Of a DNA stretch of 23,851 nucleotides, positions 1 through 8,728 are shown one piece after another. The notes under the pieces are model-generated. The model was not told the DNA's origin and made no database searches. It was given only the letters and a program-made list of their open reading frames with translations. Positions within the stretch are counted from its first letter, which is position 1, and every line of letters begins with the position of its first letter. This stretch comes from Anaerolineae bacterium (lineage in GTDB: Bacteria > Chloroflexota > Anaerolineae > S140-20). A program made the translations under genes and the position numbers. The stretch is taken from the NCBI GenBank assembly GCA_027021705.1, contig JALUTT010000155.1, positions 1 to 23,851 of the forward strand, written 5' to 3'.

Positions 1-22
1 AAAGCCAACGGAGGTGTTTCCA

Positions 23-406
23 ATGCTGATCCTCAACTTCTCCCATCCCCTCACCGCAGATCAGTTGGCTCAGATCGAAGCGCTGACCGGCGAAGCGGTC
101 ACGGAAGTGCGCGAAGTGCCGGCCCACTTCGACAACCAGCAGCCCTTCATCCCCCAGGTCGTCGCCCTGGCCGATGCCTGTGGGTTGACGGCCCAAGAGT
201 GGCAGACGACCCCGCTGCTCATCGTGCCCCCCGCCCTCAACTTCATCGCCGTCACCCTGTTGGCCGAACTTCACGGGCGGATGGGCTACTTCCCCTCTTG
301 CATCCGTCTGCGGCCGGTGGCCGGCGCTCGCCCCCCCCGCTATGAGGTGGCCGAGATCCTCGACTTGCAGGACGTTCGAGACGCAGCGCGGGCGAAACGG
401 GGATGA
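23..406 (+). CDS. csx15: CRISPR-associated protein Csx15-like (type III ancillary, Rossmann/CARF-like)
   Basis: N-terminus MLILNFSHPLT, plus PPALNFIAVTLLAELHGRMGYFP and C-terminal EILDLQDVRDAAR, recalled as Csx15 family motifs. GGAGGTG RBS precedes the ATG at 23, so 23 is preferred over the ORF-track start at 14. Confidence 0.8.
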   Translation: MLILNFSHPLTADQLAQIEALTGEAVTEVREVPAHFDNQQPFIPQVVALADACGLTAQEWQTTPLLIVPPALNFIAVTLLAELHGRMGYFPSCIRLRPVAGARPPRYEVAEILDLQDVRDAARAKRG

Positions 407-408
407 CT

Positions 409-443
409 CCCCCACGGATGTGGGGGTATGGGTGTGGTACAAT
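409..443 (+). promoter_or_regulatory. Putative cas10d operon promoter: inverted repeat plus extended -10
   Basis: CCCCCAC-GGAT-GTGGGGG inverted repeat (409-426) followed by TGTGGTACAAT (433-443), matching TRTGnTAnAAT. Lies about 40 bp upstream of the TTG start. Confidence 0.55.
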
Positions 444-482
444 GGGTGAGGACCATCGGAGGACAACCCGAGGAGGTGAACG

Positions 483-3341
483 TTGGGCAAGCTGGATTTG
501 CAACGCATCGCACTGCTGATCGGCAAGCAGGAGCCCTCGGTCTTGAGGGACTACCTGGACCACGTGGCCAACGCCGGGCTGACCGCCTACAAAGCGGTGC
601 TCCAGTGGGGCGACAAGCGGGGCGAAAGCCTCTACACCCACGTCCTAAACGGTATCCTCGTGCTGGAGACCCTTCGGGACCCCCTAGGGCTCAGCGATGA
701 GGAGGCCCGGGTGCTCTACACCGCCTTCACCATCCACGACCTCAACAAGGCCCTCGAAAGCGAGCAACCCTTTGGCAAGCTGGCCGTCGAAGAGAACGTC
801 GCTGCCGAGATCGAACGGTTGGGGATGGACCGCTTCTTCCCCGCCTGGCGGGATTACCTCAGCGACATCACCAGCCTGATCCGGGCCCACTCCGGCCACC
901 ACCACAGCGGCGGGGAGCGGTGGAACCTCCGGCGGGCCTCGGTCTACCGGCTGGGGCTGGACCGGGTCAACGCCCTGGTCCACCTGATGCGGGCTGCCGA
1001 CGTGGTAGACCTCTCCCACACGCTGGAGGAACGGGCCAGGAAGGCCGACTTCTTGAGTTACGTCAACGCCTACCTGGCCGACAGCGGCCGACCGGTCCAG
1101 TACGAGTTCGTCACCCATCGGCTGACGGAACAGCGGGGCCTCCTGACCAACGTCGTCCACAACGGCATCGTCGCCGAGCTCCAGGAACGGTACGGGCTGA
1201 TCCCCCTGCTCTTCTACCCCGAGGGCGTTGCCTACCTGGTCGAGAAAGGTCGCGCCCCCACCATTGGCGAGGAGGACCTGGAGCGGATGGCCCGCCGCAT
1301 CGCCCAGACCATCTCCGGGATGACGACGGCCAAGTTCCGAGAGTTCATCAGCTCCACCGGCCAGGGTATCAAGGTGGACCCCAAGTGCCTGGAGATGGGG
1401 GTGCCCTTCCGCGAGATCCTGGGGGAGATCCACAACCGCGTCCAGCGGCGCTCCTTCAACCCGGAGACCTTGGACGCCGGGGCACGCCGTCGGCTTCGCC
1501 GGGCGCTGGAGAAGGGCCGCGCCCTCCCCGAGGATGTCGTGGCGGACTTGGAAGGCCAGGCTCCCCTCGTCAGCACCCATCCCGACCGCCTGCGACTGGC
1601 GGAGCTCCTGCGGGCCTACTACATCTTCCTCAACAGCCACTTCCGGGACGTGATCCCCGAGGCCTGGAAACACATCTACGCCCTGATGGAGCTCCCGCCG
1701 GAGCGAACGGCCTACTACGAGGCCTTCGACGCCCGCTACGACCGGGCCTACGTGCTCGCCCGGGACCTCACCCTCTCCGAAGAGGAGGTCTACCACCGCA
1801 TCGAGGCCGACGGCACGGCCCTGATGCAGGAGAGCGGGGTGGGCGAGGACCCCAAGATCGCCCTCTTCACCGACTACCTGCGGCTCTACTTCCTCTTCGA
1901 TGTCGGCGGGCGCCCGACGGTGCGCTTTGGGGAACACCTGGCCCACTACGTGGGGAACCAGCACAAGCAGTGCGTCTACTGCAGCGGACCCTTCCCCACG
2001 GCCAAGTGGATGACGGCCGATGTGCGCCCCGACATCACGGTACAGACCTTCTCCAACCGGCTGCGCGGGGGGCCGGGGGAGCCCAAGAAGCATATCTGCG
2101 CCGTCTGCCACCTCCAGTTCCTGCTGGAGAAGCTGAACTACCCGCCGGTGCGCGGGGAGAAGCTGATCTACCTGCACCTCTACCCCTACTCCTTCCTGAC
2201 CCAGCCCTTCATCGAAGGGCTCCGAGCCACCGTCGCCCGCATCGTCACCGAGGACACGGCGGTGCAGGCCCTCAACATGCGGGTTTCCGAGGCCGTCGAG
2301 GCCTACCTGACCCGGCGCACCGTCACGCCCACCTTCCGCAGCCGTACCCAGAAGGGGAGGCCCCAGCCCTACGGAATCTACCTGCCCCGCTACGCCGAGA
2401 CGGTGGGCAACCTGCTCATCTTCCCTATCAACGCCGGCGGGGAGAACGACACCGCCCGCTTCCTCTTCGCCCTGTGGAACGCTCTGCTGCTCCAGCGCTA
2501 CTTCGGCGTGAAGGTGTTGATGAGCAACGCCCCCGTTCCGCCGCTGGGCAAGGAAGAGATCCCCGACCTCTACGTGGACAACATCCCCCTCGCCTGTCAA
2601 GGGCTGTTGCCCCGCAACGATTACGCCCAGTTCGAGGATGGGACGAACCGGGAGGGGACCCTGCCCAAGCTGTGGGAGGATGTGGGCCACCTCTTCGCCT
2701 TGCGGCGGCTGACCTTCGTCAAAGAGGACACCACCCCCCGTCTGGTCCGGGCCCTCTTCGGCAACCCGCTGACCATCTTCTACGAGACGGACCGGCTGCT
2801 GGAGGCCCGCGTCCGGGGTCAGGAGCAAGGGGGACTGGTGACCTGGCTATCGCAACAGGCTTTCCCTCACGTGGAAGCCCTCGCCATCAGCAAAGGAGGA
2901 CGCTTTATGACCCAACTGAGCACCCAACTACAGCGATTGGCCGAGATCGCCTGGAAGGGCGGCCTCCGGGGCCGCTCTCTGGAGCGGAGCAGCCTGCTCT
3001 ACCCGGTCGGCGAAGTCTTCGCCAAGCTGAGCCACGCCGGCGGCCACGTGGACCGGGAGGCCCTGAAGGCGGCGGCCGTCCAGGACATCTTCGACCACCT
3101 CACCCGCATCGCCGACGAGCAGTACAGGCCGGGCCGCAAGAAGTGGGAGGCGACCAAACAGTTCGTCGAAATCTGGTTCCACGACGTGCTGGAGGGCGTC
3201 TACGGCGGCAACCTGCGCAAGCTGCTCGCCGACGAGAAGCTGATCCGCTCCGCCTACCTCTTCTACGTGCGCGAGCAGATCCCCCGCAAGGAGGACCGGC
3301 TTCCCGAGGCGGAGGCGCTGCCGGACGAGGAAGCCGGGTAA
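483..3341 (+). CDS. cas10d: Type I-D large subunit Cas10d/Csc3 with N-terminal HD nuclease
   Basis: 952 aa. HD motifs LYTHVLNG, TIHDLNK, RAADVVD; zinc finger CVYC...FSNRL...ICAVC; YLHLYPYSFLT motif; GAGGAGGTG RBS before TTG; upstream of csc2/csc1. Confidence 0.93.
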   Translation: MGKLDLQRIALLIGKQEPSVLRDYLDHVANAGLTAYKAVLQWGDKRGESLYTHVLNGILVLETLRDPLGLSDEEARVLYTAFTIHDLNKALESEQPFGKLAVEENVAAEIERLGMDRFFPAWRDYLSDITSLIRAHSGHHHSGGERWNLRRASVYRLGLDRVNALVHLMRAADVVDLSHTLEERARKADFLSYVNAYLADSGRPVQYEFVTHRLTEQRGLLTNVVHNGIVAELQERYGLIPLLFYPEGVAYLVEKGRAPTIGEEDLERMARRIAQTISGMTTAKFREFISSTGQGIKVDPKCLEMGVPFREILGEIHNRVQRRSFNPETLDAGARRRLRRALEKGRALPEDVVADLEGQAPLVSTHPDRLRLAELLRAYYIFLNSHFRDVIPEAWKHIYALMELPPERTAYYEAFDARYDRAYVLARDLTLSEEEVYHRIEADGTALMQESGVGEDPKIALFTDYLRLYFLFDVGGRPTVRFGEHLAHYVGNQHKQCVYCSGPFPTAKWMTADVRPDITVQTFSNRLRGGPGEPKKHICAVCHLQFLLEKLNYPPVRGEKLIYLHLYPYSFLTQPFIEGLRATVARIVTEDTAVQALNMRVSEAVEAYLTRRTVTPTFRSRTQKGRPQPYGIYLPRYAETVGNLLIFPINAGGENDTARFLFALWNALLLQRYFGVKVLMSNAPVPPLGKEEIPDLYVDNIPLACQGLLPRNDYAQFEDGTNREGTLPKLWEDVGHLFALRRLTFVKEDTTPRLVRALFGNPLTIFYETDRLLEARVRGQEQGGLVTWLSQQAFPHVEALAISKGGRFMTQLSTQLQRLAEIAWKGGLRGRSLERSSLLYPVGEVFAKLSHAGGHVDREALKAAAVQDIFDHLTRIADEQYRPGRKKWEATKQFVEIWFHDVLEGVYGGNLRKLLADEKLIRSAYLFYVREQIPRKEDRLPEAEALPDEEAG
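2907..3341 (+). CDS. cas11d: Cas11d small subunit from an internal start in cas10d (144 aa)
   Basis: In-frame ATG at 2907 (MTQLSTQLQRLAEIAW...) preceded by AAAGGAGGA. Internal translation of Cas11d from cas10d is established for type I-D. Confidence 0.8.
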   Translation: MTQLSTQLQRLAEIAWKGGLRGRSLERSSLLYPVGEVFAKLSHAGGHVDREALKAAAVQDIFDHLTRIADEQYRPGRKKWEATKQFVEIWFHDVLEGVYGGNLRKLLADEKLIRSAYLFYVREQIPRKEDRLPEAEALPDEEAG

Positions 3342-3359
3342 ACAGGAAGGAGGCAACCC

Positions 3360-3581
3360 GTGGCCTACGAAATCCGAGTACTCTTCTACGGAAGCGAGAA
3401 GGCGATGCAGAAGGGCATTGCCAAGATGCAGAAGCGCGGATGGGAGGTGGTGGACACCGAGGTCGTCGAGCAGGGATACGGATGCCTCAAGACCGGCTGC
3501 CTGGGGGCCATCTTCCTCCCCCTGGCTTTGCTGGGCAAGAAGCCCAACCGTTACAAGGTGACCTATAGGCGACCCCGGTAG
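3360..3581 (+). CDS. Small hypothetical protein, 73 aa, with a short hydrophobic segment
   Basis: AAGGAGG RBS before GTG. Fills the gap between cas10d and cas7d, with host-like GC3. Contains GWEVV and GCLKTGCLGAIFLPLALLG followed by a basic tail. Confidence 0.7.
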   Translation: MAYEIRVLFYGSEKAMQKGIAKMQKRGWEVVDTEVVEQGYGCLKTGCLGAIFLPLALLGKKPNRYKVTYRRPR

Positions 3582-3658
3582 GTCTTCCGTGCCTCTGTTG
3601 TCGTCCGTACTTGTGAGATTCCACCGACTGACCCGCCAAGTTCACAGGAGGTTATGCC

Positions 3659-4633
3659 ATGTCCATCATCGAGAAGTACGCCGACCACTTTCTGCCCGCC
3701 TACAGCAACTATCCCCAGGGGCGCTACATCAGCCTGTTGCTGGTGCGCCGCGTCGAGTCCGAGGCGATCTTCCGCACCGAAGGGAGCGGGGAGCCGCTGA
3801 GCAAGGAGTTCGTCCACGCCGGCCTGGACGGCGGTGAGGTGATCCAGCGCGTGGTCATCAGCAAGCGGAAGCAGACGGCGGTAGAGCGCCGCACCGGACG
3901 CGAGTTGTTGCGCCGGCACGAGATGCTTTTCCCCGGCCAGCGGACGGGCGTGTTGTGCGCCCTCAACCGGAACGATCCCTGCGAGCGCTGTATGGACTGC
4001 ATGATCTACGGCTACGCTGCCGGTGGGGGCGGGGCCCAGAAGTCGCGGGTGGTGACCGACGATGCCTTCAGCCTGCACGACGCCGCCGTGGTGACGGCCA
4101 CCAAGCAGTTCAACGCCCTCTTCGACACGGGCACGATGCGCGACCCGGAGACGGGCAAGCCGTCCACCAGCATCGGCACCGACGAGTACGTCAAGCCGGA
4201 GACCCTCTTCCTGGACATCGAGACGGTGCGCGACGTGACGAGCGACGAGTTCCTCTACGTCCTGGGCAACGTCCTGCGCTCCACCCGCTACGGGGCCATC
4301 TCCTCCCGCATCGGCAAGGTCAAAAACCTGCTGGCCGGCGTGGTGTTGAGCGACTGCGAGATCTTCAGCAACCTGGAGCTGACTCAAGCCGTCTACGACC
4401 GGCTGCGGAACGGCTCGCAGGAGCCGGACTTTCCGCTGCGGTCGGACGTGGTGGTCGAGGCCGTGCGGGCGGCGACGGCGGAGTTGGCCGAGCGTGTCGT
4501 GGGCCGGCTGACCATCCTGCCCGCCGATGAGGTGGCCGCCCTGGTGGACGAGGTGACCGCCTTCTACCGGGACGAGGAGGCGGTGAAGGCGATGCTGGAG
4601 CGGGCGACGGCGATGTACGGCCCCCAGGGGTAG
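3659..4633 (+). CDS. cas7d: Type I-D Cas7/Csc2 backbone subunit
   Basis: ESEAIFRTEGSGE, ISKRKQTAVERRTGRELLR, CERCMDCMIYGYA, SRVVTDDAFS and RYGAISSRIG are Csc2 motifs. CAGGAGG RBS. Confidence 0.95.
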   Translation: MSIIEKYADHFLPAYSNYPQGRYISLLLVRRVESEAIFRTEGSGEPLSKEFVHAGLDGGEVIQRVVISKRKQTAVERRTGRELLRRHEMLFPGQRTGVLCALNRNDPCERCMDCMIYGYAAGGGGAQKSRVVTDDAFSLHDAAVVTATKQFNALFDTGTMRDPETGKPSTSIGTDEYVKPETLFLDIETVRDVTSDEFLYVLGNVLRSTRYGAISSRIGKVKNLLAGVVLSDCEIFSNLELTQAVYDRLRNGSQEPDFPLRSDVVVEAVRAATAELAERVVGRLTILPADEVAALVDEVTAFYRDEEAVKAMLERATAMYGPQG

Positions 4634-4644
4634 GAGGTGCCCCG

Positions 4645-5412
4645 ATGCACATCTACCGTTGTGAACTCACCTTGATGGAAGCGACCTTCTTCAGCAGCCG
4701 CGAGGTGAGCAACACCTATCAGACCGAACCCCTCATCGGGAACATAGCCCTGGCCTACGCCTTCGGTTTCTGCCGGGCTCCCTACTTCAACGACGGCACG
4801 ATCCACTACAAGGCGCACCTGGGGGCGTTGAACGAGGCGGGGATCTACGTCACGCCGGCCACCATCGTCGGCGAGCCCCGCTTCACCCTGGCCCAGTTCA
4901 ACGCCCAGGCCGACGCCTACTGGTACGCGATGGCGAACAACGTCATCGTCACGCGGCCCGACGGGACCTGGATGGAGAGGCGGGGGGCGGCCTGGTACAT
5001 CAAGCGCTACCCCGGCGACCGGGGGCAGAAGGTGGGGCTGGAGAACCGGCCTCAACACGGGCGCATCCGCATGCTGGCCATCGGCAACCGGGCCGTGGCC
5101 TACGTGCTCAGCCGGAAGCCGGTGGTCGTGCCGCGCTACGTGCGGCTGGGCAAGTTCATGAGCAAAGCGCGGGTGGTGGTCGAAGAAGAGTCGGCGCGGG
5201 AGGTGGAGCGGGAGGGGGTGGTCATCCCCTTCCTGCTCAACCCGGCCGACCTGCCGCCGGGGATGGAGCCGACCATCTTCGACCTGATCAGCGTGCCGCC
5301 GACCCCTCTGGTGCGCAACGCCCGCCTGAGCGGGCGCTTCTACCGGCTGCCGGACCGCACCCTGCTGCCGGTGGGGATGCGGTTTGGGGTGGAGGGGTTG
5401 GAGAAAGAGTAG
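4645..5412 (+). CDS. cas5d: Type I-D Cas5/Csc1
   Basis: MHIYRCELTLMEATFFSSRE, IGNIALAYAFG, YVTPA and PRYVRLGKFMSKARV are Csc1 motifs. AGGAGG RBS. Confidence 0.93.
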   Translation: MHIYRCELTLMEATFFSSREVSNTYQTEPLIGNIALAYAFGFCRAPYFNDGTIHYKAHLGALNEAGIYVTPATIVGEPRFTLAQFNAQADAYWYAMANNVIVTRPDGTWMERRGAAWYIKRYPGDRGQKVGLENRPQHGRIRMLAIGNRAVAYVLSRKPVVVPRYVRLGKFMSKARVVVEEESAREVEREGVVIPFLLNPADLPPGMEPTIFDLISVPPTPLVRNARLSGRFYRLPDRTLLPVGMRFGVEGLEKE

Positions 5413-5424
5413 GGTGGATGATAA

Positions 5425-5446
5425 GGACATAATCCGGACATAATCC
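5425..5446 (+). repeat. Perfect 11-bp tandem duplication GGACATAATCC x2
   Basis: Copies at 5425-5435 and 5436-5446, read directly from the sequence. Confidence 0.95.
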
Positions 5447-5466
5447 GTCAAAGACAGCGAGAGCAG

Positions 5467-7773
5467 TTGCTATACGACCCGACATCGGGCAGATCAAAAG
5501 CTGTCTTGGACGAGTGGCCAAGCACTTTCGGTGTGGTCAATGTCCCACTTGGGGAGGGACTAATGAGCCGAGTTCAAAAAGTAATCTGCCTTGCGGCCTA
5601 TTGTGCTGCTGATGCCCGGGGACGGGTATCCTTGTTAGACAGATTGGCAGCCGCGGCGTGGCGTGATGGTCTAGCACATGTGCTACGCAATACCCTGGAT
5701 GCCCTAGATGTGCCACGCCTGACTCGTCGCTTGACCCGACCCCAATCAGCAGAGCCGCTGGATTGGGCCGAGGTGACAAACGATGGCAAACAGGTGCTTT
5801 GGTGCAATACATCCATCGGTCAAATACACACATTCTACAAGACCATCTTCCCCCAAGAAGCCCAAGCACGCATTGCATATGAAGTCTTCCTCGACCGCTT
5901 CTTGGGTTATATCCAGCGCACCAAGAAAGTAGCCGTGTTGCACCAAGGTGACACCGACGTGACGCTGTTCGTGCCGGAGGGGGTGGACTTTGGTCTGATG
6001 ACGACCTGGGATGATTTCGTGGACTGGACCTTCTCAGCCGAAGAATTACGCAAGAGCTTTGTGTTGCTGGTAAACTCTATCAGGTTGAGCGATCGAGGTA
6101 TCAGCACGCTTAGCACCCCCATCGTGAACGCAAATCAGGCCCTGGTTTTGGCTGCTTTTTATCGGGCCAACTTGTTAGCGTTGGAACGGGGTGACGAGCG
6201 GCGGCGAAGGGATCTCGCTCAACTACGAGGAGAATTGGCAGATGCCAAAACTGAGAAAGAACGAGGAGAGATTGGAAAGAAAATAGCCAAGCTTGAAGGG
6301 GAGTTGGAAACGCGGATGAAGAGATACGGCAAGGCTTACGAGGCAATGGAGGCCCTGCGCCAGCAATTTCCGGATTGGGTAGGACTAGTTGAGCATATTG
6401 CCCGTCAAGAGATGGGGGAACAGGCTAGTCGGCAATTGAAGAAGCGAGGGAATATCGTGGCCAAGTGCGTAAGCGAGATGAAGAAACTAGCGCAATTAGT
6501 GCAAGTGGAGAAACCCTTCCGACCAAGACCGATGTTGGCTGAAGCCCCTTTAGACTGGGGGGCGAGAGGTGGTGGAGACGCAAGCGGTGAGTTCTGCTAC
6601 ACTTGCGGACGGCGATTTGGTCCAAAGGAGGAAAAATACAAGGCCGGAAAGTTCGTCTTCGAGAGCCCTTCGCAGCGTTTGCAATCAGGAGGCGGACAAA
6701 CAGAGCCCCAGATCTGCGCTACTTGTGCGGCCGTATCCTTCGTCTCCCCCATCAAGACCGGTAGTGATCGGTTGGTCATCCGTCTCCGCCGACCTGGCGA
6801 TGATGGCCGCTATCTGCTAGAAGATCAACTGCGAATGCTGACATTGGGACAACTGAATGTGGTAGCTGGACGCTATGCTTTGATCCAGGCTCCAGAGCAA
6901 GTGCACCGGCAGCGAGGACGAGAGCCTCTGCCTAAGGTGATGGGACGGCGGCAATATGCCCTTTACAAAGTCGCTACGCTATTTCCACCCGAGGTTTTTC
7001 GCAACTATCAGGTGGAGGTGCTTATTGGAGGCGCTGAAGTGGCCTTGTCCAGTCGCCACCTGAGCGCTGCAAGAGGATTGATAGAAGTCTTCAAGCTAGA
7101 CAACCGGCATTGGTGGGAGGAGAAAGGGAAGTTGAATAGCGTGGTCCGAGCTATTCGTCATATTGAGCAAGAGAAAGTGATATTTGCAACATATGAACTG
7201 CTCCGGGGCGGGCTGCTTCGTGGCAATCGATTTTACATCACACAGGGCAGCCGCTTGGAGACCCTTTATGAAGACCATTGGAGGTGGCTTATGAACGAAC
7301 AACCGACCGAAGCACAACGCTTCCGTGACGTGGCAGCAATGACCGGCCTGCTCTACGCTTTTTGTGAATATGTGCGTAGCCAAGTCCGGGAAGCAGGTGG
7401 CGATGTGCGTATCGAGGTGCGAAAGCTCATCGAACGAGCTATAGATCCCTTCGGCTTCAATTACACAGCCGCAGGCAACACCAAGAGCGAGAGGGCCACC
7501 CTCTTCCGCAACGCTGATCTATATTTCTGTTTCGATCAAGCCAAAGCACTGCTGGAAGAGTTGGAAGTGGACATTGCTGAGCGAGAAGGGGTCACCGAGA
7601 AGGGCACAGCCACGTTGGTTCTCTATTTTGATGACGTGGTCAAAGCCTATACCTACCTCTTCGAGAACCGTTATCCAACGCCAAAGGCGCAGCGAGATTT
7701 CACTTATGCTTTGCGCTTGAGCTTGCATTCCCGTTTCCCCGAATTGATGGAGCGGGAGGAAAAAGGAGGTTAA
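5467..7773 (+). CDS. Putative Cascade large subunit (Cas8/Cas10d-like, no HD domain); start uncertain
   Basis: Up to 768 aa. Zinc finger CYTC...SQRLQSGGG...ICATC parallels CVYC...SNRLRGGPG...ICAVC of the local Cas10d. Contains a charged coiled-coil-like stretch and is the first gene before cas7/cas5-like genes. Alternative starts: ATG 5563 (GGAGG RBS) or a frameshifted GTG at 5414. Confidence 0.7.
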   Translation: MLYDPTSGRSKAVLDEWPSTFGVVNVPLGEGLMSRVQKVICLAAYCAADARGRVSLLDRLAAAAWRDGLAHVLRNTLDALDVPRLTRRLTRPQSAEPLDWAEVTNDGKQVLWCNTSIGQIHTFYKTIFPQEAQARIAYEVFLDRFLGYIQRTKKVAVLHQGDTDVTLFVPEGVDFGLMTTWDDFVDWTFSAEELRKSFVLLVNSIRLSDRGISTLSTPIVNANQALVLAAFYRANLLALERGDERRRRDLAQLRGELADAKTEKERGEIGKKIAKLEGELETRMKRYGKAYEAMEALRQQFPDWVGLVEHIARQEMGEQASRQLKKRGNIVAKCVSEMKKLAQLVQVEKPFRPRPMLAEAPLDWGARGGGDASGEFCYTCGRRFGPKEEKYKAGKFVFESPSQRLQSGGGQTEPQICATCAAVSFVSPIKTGSDRLVIRLRRPGDDGRYLLEDQLRMLTLGQLNVVAGRYALIQAPEQVHRQRGREPLPKVMGRRQYALYKVATLFPPEVFRNYQVEVLIGGAEVALSSRHLSAARGLIEVFKLDNRHWWEEKGKLNSVVRAIRHIEQEKVIFATYELLRGGLLRGNRFYITQGSRLETLYEDHWRWLMNEQPTEAQRFRDVAAMTGLLYAFCEYVRSQVREAGGDVRIEVRKLIERAIDPFGFNYTAAGNTKSERATLFRNADLYFCFDQAKALLEELEVDIAEREGVTEKGTATLVLYFDDVVKAYTYLFENRYPTPKAQRDFTYALRLSLHSRFPELMEREEKGG
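7291..7773 (+). CDS. Putative internally translated Cas11-like small subunit (160 aa)
   Basis: In-frame ATG at 7291 (MNEQPTEAQRFRDVAAMTGLL...) preceded by GGAGGTG. The product looks helical and occupies the same relative position as cas11d in cas10d. Confidence 0.65.
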   Translation: MNEQPTEAQRFRDVAAMTGLLYAFCEYVRSQVREAGGDVRIEVRKLIERAIDPFGFNYTAAGNTKSERATLFRNADLYFCFDQAKALLEELEVDIAEREGVTEKGTATLVLYFDDVVKAYTYLFENRYPTPKAQRDFTYALRLSLHSRFPELMEREEKGG

Positions 7774-7776
7774 ACA

Positions 7777-8718
7777 ATGACTGTTCAGACCAATGTCGGA
7801 TTGCCAAAGGTGGACGTACCGCGCTATCACTTCGACATCTACGCTGTGCTGGAAGGGCCACAGGAACTATACTTCGGCCACGAGACCCAGGTGGGTGTCA
7901 ACATTGTGGAGACCGTACGCATCGCTACTGAGAAGGGTGAGATGGAGAAGTGCTACATCTCCCCCACCAAGCGGCGAGGAGTGGAGCGCCGCACCCTTAT
8001 CTGGGCACCCGTCCAGTCGGAGGGGGTACTGCTAGGCGATAAGCTGGGCTGTGGTGTTCCCCACACTTGTGCCCAACCCACTTGCCCTATCTGTGCCGTC
8101 TTCGGTGGCCTTATCACTTCTACGACCAATGTGGACGTGATGGGCAAGACCGAGAAGCGTTCACCGACGACCACCATCGGTCGGCTGGTGCATGGTGGAG
8201 GGGTGGCCATCCAGCCCCAAGACGTGGTGGAGAAGCAAAGGGCTATGCACCCTTCGATGATGCATAAAGCTCCTGAGAAAGAGCCCACACCTATGCCCTT
8301 CCGTCGCCAGTACAACGAGCCAGGGCTGCTCTATCCCGTTTATAACCACTGCCTGAGCGTCACCGAGGCTGAGTTCACCGCCGTAGCCTATGCGTTCCTC
8401 AATGCTTTGGCCCGGCTGGGCGCGGGTAATCCTAAAGGAGTGAGAATCTACGAAGGTAAGCTGATCGAGGAGCAAGAGCCACTATTGGTGGTGGATCGCT
8501 ACCTAGTGCCCCTGGGTAAGCGGCCTATCACTTCGCCGAGCGTGACCAGCATTAGGGAAGCATTGGCCCAATTTCGGGCCGATGCCCTCCAGGTCGAAGG
8601 GCAGACAGTTGCCCAGCATGAAGTCTCAGGACCCCACTTCACACGGTGGCTAGGCAGTGCTGCATATCGGAAGCTGCAGGAATACGCCGTGCAGTTCGCT
8701 GAGCTCTATCTGAAGTAG
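7777..8718 (+). CDS. cas7: Divergent Cas7-family backbone subunit (Csc2-like)
   Basis: ISPTKRRGVERR resembles Csc2 ISKRKQTAVERR; Cys cluster CGVPHTCAQPTCPICAVFGG; RLGAG loop; AAGGAGG RBS; 313 aa. Confidence 0.8.
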   Translation: MTVQTNVGLPKVDVPRYHFDIYAVLEGPQELYFGHETQVGVNIVETVRIATEKGEMEKCYISPTKRRGVERRTLIWAPVQSEGVLLGDKLGCGVPHTCAQPTCPICAVFGGLITSTTNVDVMGKTEKRSPTTTIGRLVHGGGVAIQPQDVVEKQRAMHPSMMHKAPEKEPTPMPFRRQYNEPGLLYPVYNHCLSVTEAEFTAVAYAFLNALARLGAGNPKGVRIYEGKLIEEQEPLLVVDRYLVPLGKRPITSPSVTSIREALAQFRADALQVEGQTVAQHEVSGPHFTRWLGSAAYRKLQEYAVQFAELYLK

Positions 8719-8728
8719 GGGGAGACCA

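Noticed and set aside
684..3568. Long overlapping ORFs 684-2828 (-) and 920-3568 (+)
   Set aside because: Shadow frames of GC-rich cas10d, with biased composition (Pro/Arg/Gly- or Val/Gly-rich) and no recognisable motifs.
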